From: Heteronotia binoei | Taxonomy: Eukaryota | DNA length: 64,000 bases | Assembly: GCF_032191835.1 (NCBI RefSeq) | Contig: NC_083229.1 | Coordinates: 134,602,001-134,666,000 of the forward strand | Direction: 5' to 3' | Part shown: one piece after another, positions 60,323-64,000 of the stretch | How the letters are laid out: every line of letters starts with the position of its first letter | Position numbering within the stretch: position 1 is the stretch's first letter | Program-made: the position numbers and the translations under genes | Notes under the pieces: model-generated | What the model was told of the DNA's origin: nothing | Databases searched by the model: none | What the model saw: the letters and a program-made list of their open reading frames with translations, nothing else

Positions 60323-63300
60323 AAAGGTTAAAACGCTTGGGGATCTTTAGCTTGGAGAAACGTCAACTGTGGGGTGACATGATAGAATTTTACAAGATTA
60401 TGCATGGGATGGAGAAAGTAGAGAAAGAAGTACGTACTTTTCTCCCGTTCTCACAATACGAGAACCGTGGGCATCAATGAAATTGCTGAGCAGTCAGGTT
60501 AGAACAGATAAAAGGAAGTACTTCTTCACCCAAAGGGTGATTAATATGTGGAATTCACTGTCACAGGTGGTGGTGGCAGCTACAAGCATAGCCAGCTTCA
60601 AGAGGGGATTGGATAAAAATATGGAGCAGAGGTCCATCAGTGGCTATTAGCCACAGTATATTACTGGAACTGTCTGGGGCAGTGATGCTCTGTATTCTTG
60701 GTGCTTGGGGGGGCAAAGTAGAAGGGCTTCTAGCCCCACTTGTGAATCTCCTGATGGCACTTGGGTGGGGGTTTTTTTGGCCACTGCGTGACACAGAGTG
60801 TTGGACTGGATGGGTCATTGGCCTGATCCAACATGGCTTCTCTTATGTTCTCATGCTAGTGTTCCACTTTGGCCACAGGACAGCCCAAGAGAGCAGCCAT
60901 ACAAACATCCAAACTAGTTTTACCAATTGGGAGGAGGTGGAGGAGGAGAAGGCCAAAGAAAAAAAGGATGGAGAACAATACTCATTTGAAGAATGTGAAG
61001 ATTAAACGATGAAGCTGAGGCAGTTGAGAAGACTGCAACGTAGGTGTAGGAGGAAACTGAGTGGGAGGGGCGTTTTCCCCTCACTCCAGGCATGCTCAGT
61101 AGAGGCCTGCACCCCAGAGCGAGAGGAAAAGTGTTCTAAAAAAGCTTGAGACCAGCTATTGGAGTCTCCATATGTGGGACTGCACAGAGACCACAAAGAA
61201 GATCAAACTATGTTTGTTATCTGAAACTGACCAATTTTGCAACTTGCAGCAACTTCAGTTTGCCTGAAATGAAATACAGCTTCCCTTCCTATTTCCAAAA
61301 AAGCTTCTCTTATACATTAAATCTGCCTTGCCCTGGACAGCTGAACTGTCCTGTACAAGGGAATGAGGGAGGCTGAGAAACTGCTGATAGGAAGAGGCAC
61401 TCCATGTGCACAGATTCTGGTGTGCTGGTGACAGAGCAGAACCATTCACAGGTTTTCAAATGCACCCAGAGCTCACAGAAGCCTAACAGAGCACACCCTT
61501 CTTGCTCTTGGCATTCTGCTTGCATGATCTGTGCTGTGGCCAAGAGGAGGGAGGGAGGGAGGGAGGGCTGCTTGGTTGTGGGAAGATGCCCCTGTTGACA
61601 AAGAGTCTGCATAAGGAGTGAAGAAGCATGCTTAGATCTTAGATCTGAGTCTGACAGCCAGTGACAGCTGCATCATGTGAGCTGGAGTCAGATGTACAGT
61701 GACTCAGCAATTTGTACATTGCTCCCATTGGCTGGCTGTTGTATAAATGTAGATAAGTGCCTTCGTTCTTGTCCCTTGAGGATTATTGGATGTATGGCGA
61801 AGCACTTTGTTAGTTTGTTCCAGTATCTGTATATAGTCACTGTTGTAGATAACTGTATCGTACACACTGCTTTGATACAAGCCAGAGTGTGTGTGTGTCT
61901 TCTTGTGGGGTCTACTGGAAGAGTCAGCAGTGAGCTCAACTCAGCCACACCGAGAGCCCCTCTCCCTTCAATGCCAGCAGCTCACTTACAAGTTATATTT
62001 GTTTTTCTTATTTCACAGGTCAATGAAGCCATGGAATACAGTTACAGAGAAGTGACATTCACATTTCTCCCAGTGATACAAAAATTTCCTAAGAAAATGA
62101 AGAAAGCATCAACCAAACACTGTTATTGACTATCATCAACCTCCCTCACTGAAGTCAGCAGCATCTCAGTCCAAAACAGCATTCGCAAGCCTCTTGCCCA
62201 CAAGCATCCTATGTATAAAAAAGCTGTTTCGTCTTGGCAGATCCAAGCTCCCTCATCGATTGGGACTAGTTGGGACTGTGGTGCATCAACCTTTGGCCCA
62301 TCAAACCATCAATCAGCTGCTCTTGCATCACATTGACTGATTGCTCTCCCCCACCCACTGCTGGCCCCAGGACAGACAGAGATTGGCCATCTGGGGAAAC
62401 TGCTAGGCAATTAACCTGGCTTCTCTCAGTAAAAAGCAACCAAGCTTGGTTCTCTCAATAACAGGCAGTGGGGTCCTATTTTGGCCTTTGAGAAAGAACT
62501 CATTGGTTGACTCCGCTCCTCTCTCCCACCCAAGTGGCTATTGCTAGTTAGCCAAGCTGCTTCTCTCAGTCAAAGACAACCAACCTTGATTCTGGCAGTT
62601 TATGGCTCTCCCCCATTGGCTAAGCTGCCTGTCGCTCTGCTTCGCAGAGGAGAGAAAGAAAGTGTTCTCTTGACTGGCTGAGGGAGGAAGGAGGAGGGAA
62701 AGAGCCAAAGAGAAAGACTTCTCATGATTGGCTGAGGAAGGAAAACAGATAAGAGACAGGGGAAAAAATGGCGTCCTGTAGCAGCAGACCAGAATCAGAG
62801 AGATAGGGAGGGAAAGTGAGAAAAAGAGACAAATTGAACTCCTCTGCTTAAGACCTACAATATTATCAGAAAGAGAGTGTTGGTCTGAAAGGTATCACCA
62901 AAGGCCTCTGAGGGAGAACTCACTGGGGCCAGTCCTAACTATGGCTGCCATTTCCAGGTTGGTGGGGAATTCCTGGAGATCCTGTGGTGGAGTCTGAGGA
63001 GGGCATAGGAGTTAGGGCTTCAGAGCAGGGTCTGCCAGACCCAGGTTCTTGCCATGGAAGTTGACTGGGTGATTTCGGACCAGTCACAGACTTCCAGCCT
63101 AACCTCCTCACAGGGTTGTTGTTCAGAGCAAATGGGGGGAGAGGAGAATGAAGTAAGCTGTTTGGTCCCCACCACTGTGGAGAAAGACTGTCCTTTTCCT
63201 ATGTAGAGGCTGCAGGAAGGAAGGAGGTGAAGGAAAGCTGAAGTCAGCGGGGTAGATTAAAAGAAGGAGATGGGGATGTCAACTCCAGGTTAGGAAATTC

Positions 63301-63925
63301 CTGGAGATTTAAGGGGTAGAATCTGGAGAGGGTGGGGTTTGAGGAAGGTTGTGACCTCAGACAGGTACAGTGCCATACACTGCACTCTCAAAACCAGCCA
63401 TTTCCTCCTGGGGAACCACTGTTGCCAATCTCCAGGTGAGGGCTTGAGATCACTCAGAATTACAACTGCTCTCCGGATGGCAGAGATCAGATCCCCTTAA
63501 GATTGGGGGGGGGGGGGAGGAATGAATGCCTTCACTTGGGTGGGTGGAAAGACAATAAGGGAGGGCACTTGTTCAGAGCCTCTTTCCAGAGTCCATTTTC
63601 TCCCGAGCTTCCACTTCTCTGATGGGGCTGGTTGTTACACATGACACAATCCACAAGACTTCTGCCATCTGTGCTGGAGGAGGGAGAAGAAAGCTATGAA
63701 AGGCAAGGAGGTCAGCTATTCACCTTCCTTCAGACAGGTCTATTTTCACAGAGCATTTGATTAGCACTTCCCCAAAGTGTCAGGAGGCCAGCCATGCTGA
63801 AAAAACAAAATACTTCTGGCTGCCTCTTAAGAAAAATGTGAAGACTGCTGGACTGGACACCCAGATCAAAGTGGAGTCAAAAATCCTGATCCTCTAGCAC
63901 AAAGAGATCAATTCAGATTACTTAC

Positions 63926-64000
63926 CTTGATACTGTTCTTAAATAAGAACCCTGGAGTTGAGAAGCCTTTCTTTTTATCTAGTGGTTCACTGAATATGAC
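63926..64000 (-). CDS. TRIO: TRIO PH2 exon (partial), VIFSEPLDKKKGFSTPGFLFKNSIK
   Basis: 25 codons ending AAG|gtaagt, phase 0; cut by window end. Confidence 0.95.

Larger units (their letters stand above)
58124..60852 (+). mobile_element. 5'-truncated CR1 LINE (58124-58652 and 60323-60852) split by an L1-like insertion
   Basis: KFADDTKLF, QMRFNVAKCKVMHIG, LEYCVQFWSP, ALEKVQKRAT; 3' part with ttatgttc tail. Confidence 0.92.

Noticed and set aside
61677-62129. 150-aa plus-strand ORF containing an acceptor-like tttcacag
   Set aside because: TTG start, no homology recognised, no partner exons; treated as intronic noise.

Overview
Vertebrate genomic DNA from a squamate reptile; the repeat set suggests a gecko, which is my inference. 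Two spliced genes lie on the minus strand in the order known from human 5p15. The first is the 3' part of TRIO: 12 coding exons from the PH2 domain through the Ser/Pro-rich linker, SH3, Ig and Ser/Thr kinase domain, stop at 27028, 3'UTR to about 25.1 kb. The second is the 5' part of OTULINL/FAM105A: CpG-island promoter near 9.8 kb and coding exons down to 811, continuing beyond the window start. All coding-exon boundaries were read by hand and are phase-consistent GT-AG; the OTULINL exon 1 call is less certain. Introns and the intergenic region are packed with transposons: several L2 LINEs of different ages, CR1 fragments, a DIRS tyrosine-recombinase retrotransposon with intact ITR/ICR ends, a second DIRS remnant, two solo LTRs with 5-bp TSDs, an ORF1-only L1-like insertion with TSD, Penelope-like repeats carrying minimal hammerhead-ribozyme cores, tRNA-derived SINEs and hAT/Harbinger MITEs. 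Most notable: (1) this OTULINL has Cys in the DNYC motif where the human pseudo-deubiquitinase has Asp, and has an in-frame stop plus a uORF at the start of exon 2; (2) a 730-bp modular array of perfect hairpins at the DIRS/L2 junction; (3) the half-L1-like element; (4) hammerhead-bearing Penelope repeats. Comparisons with human proteins are from memory; no database searches were run.
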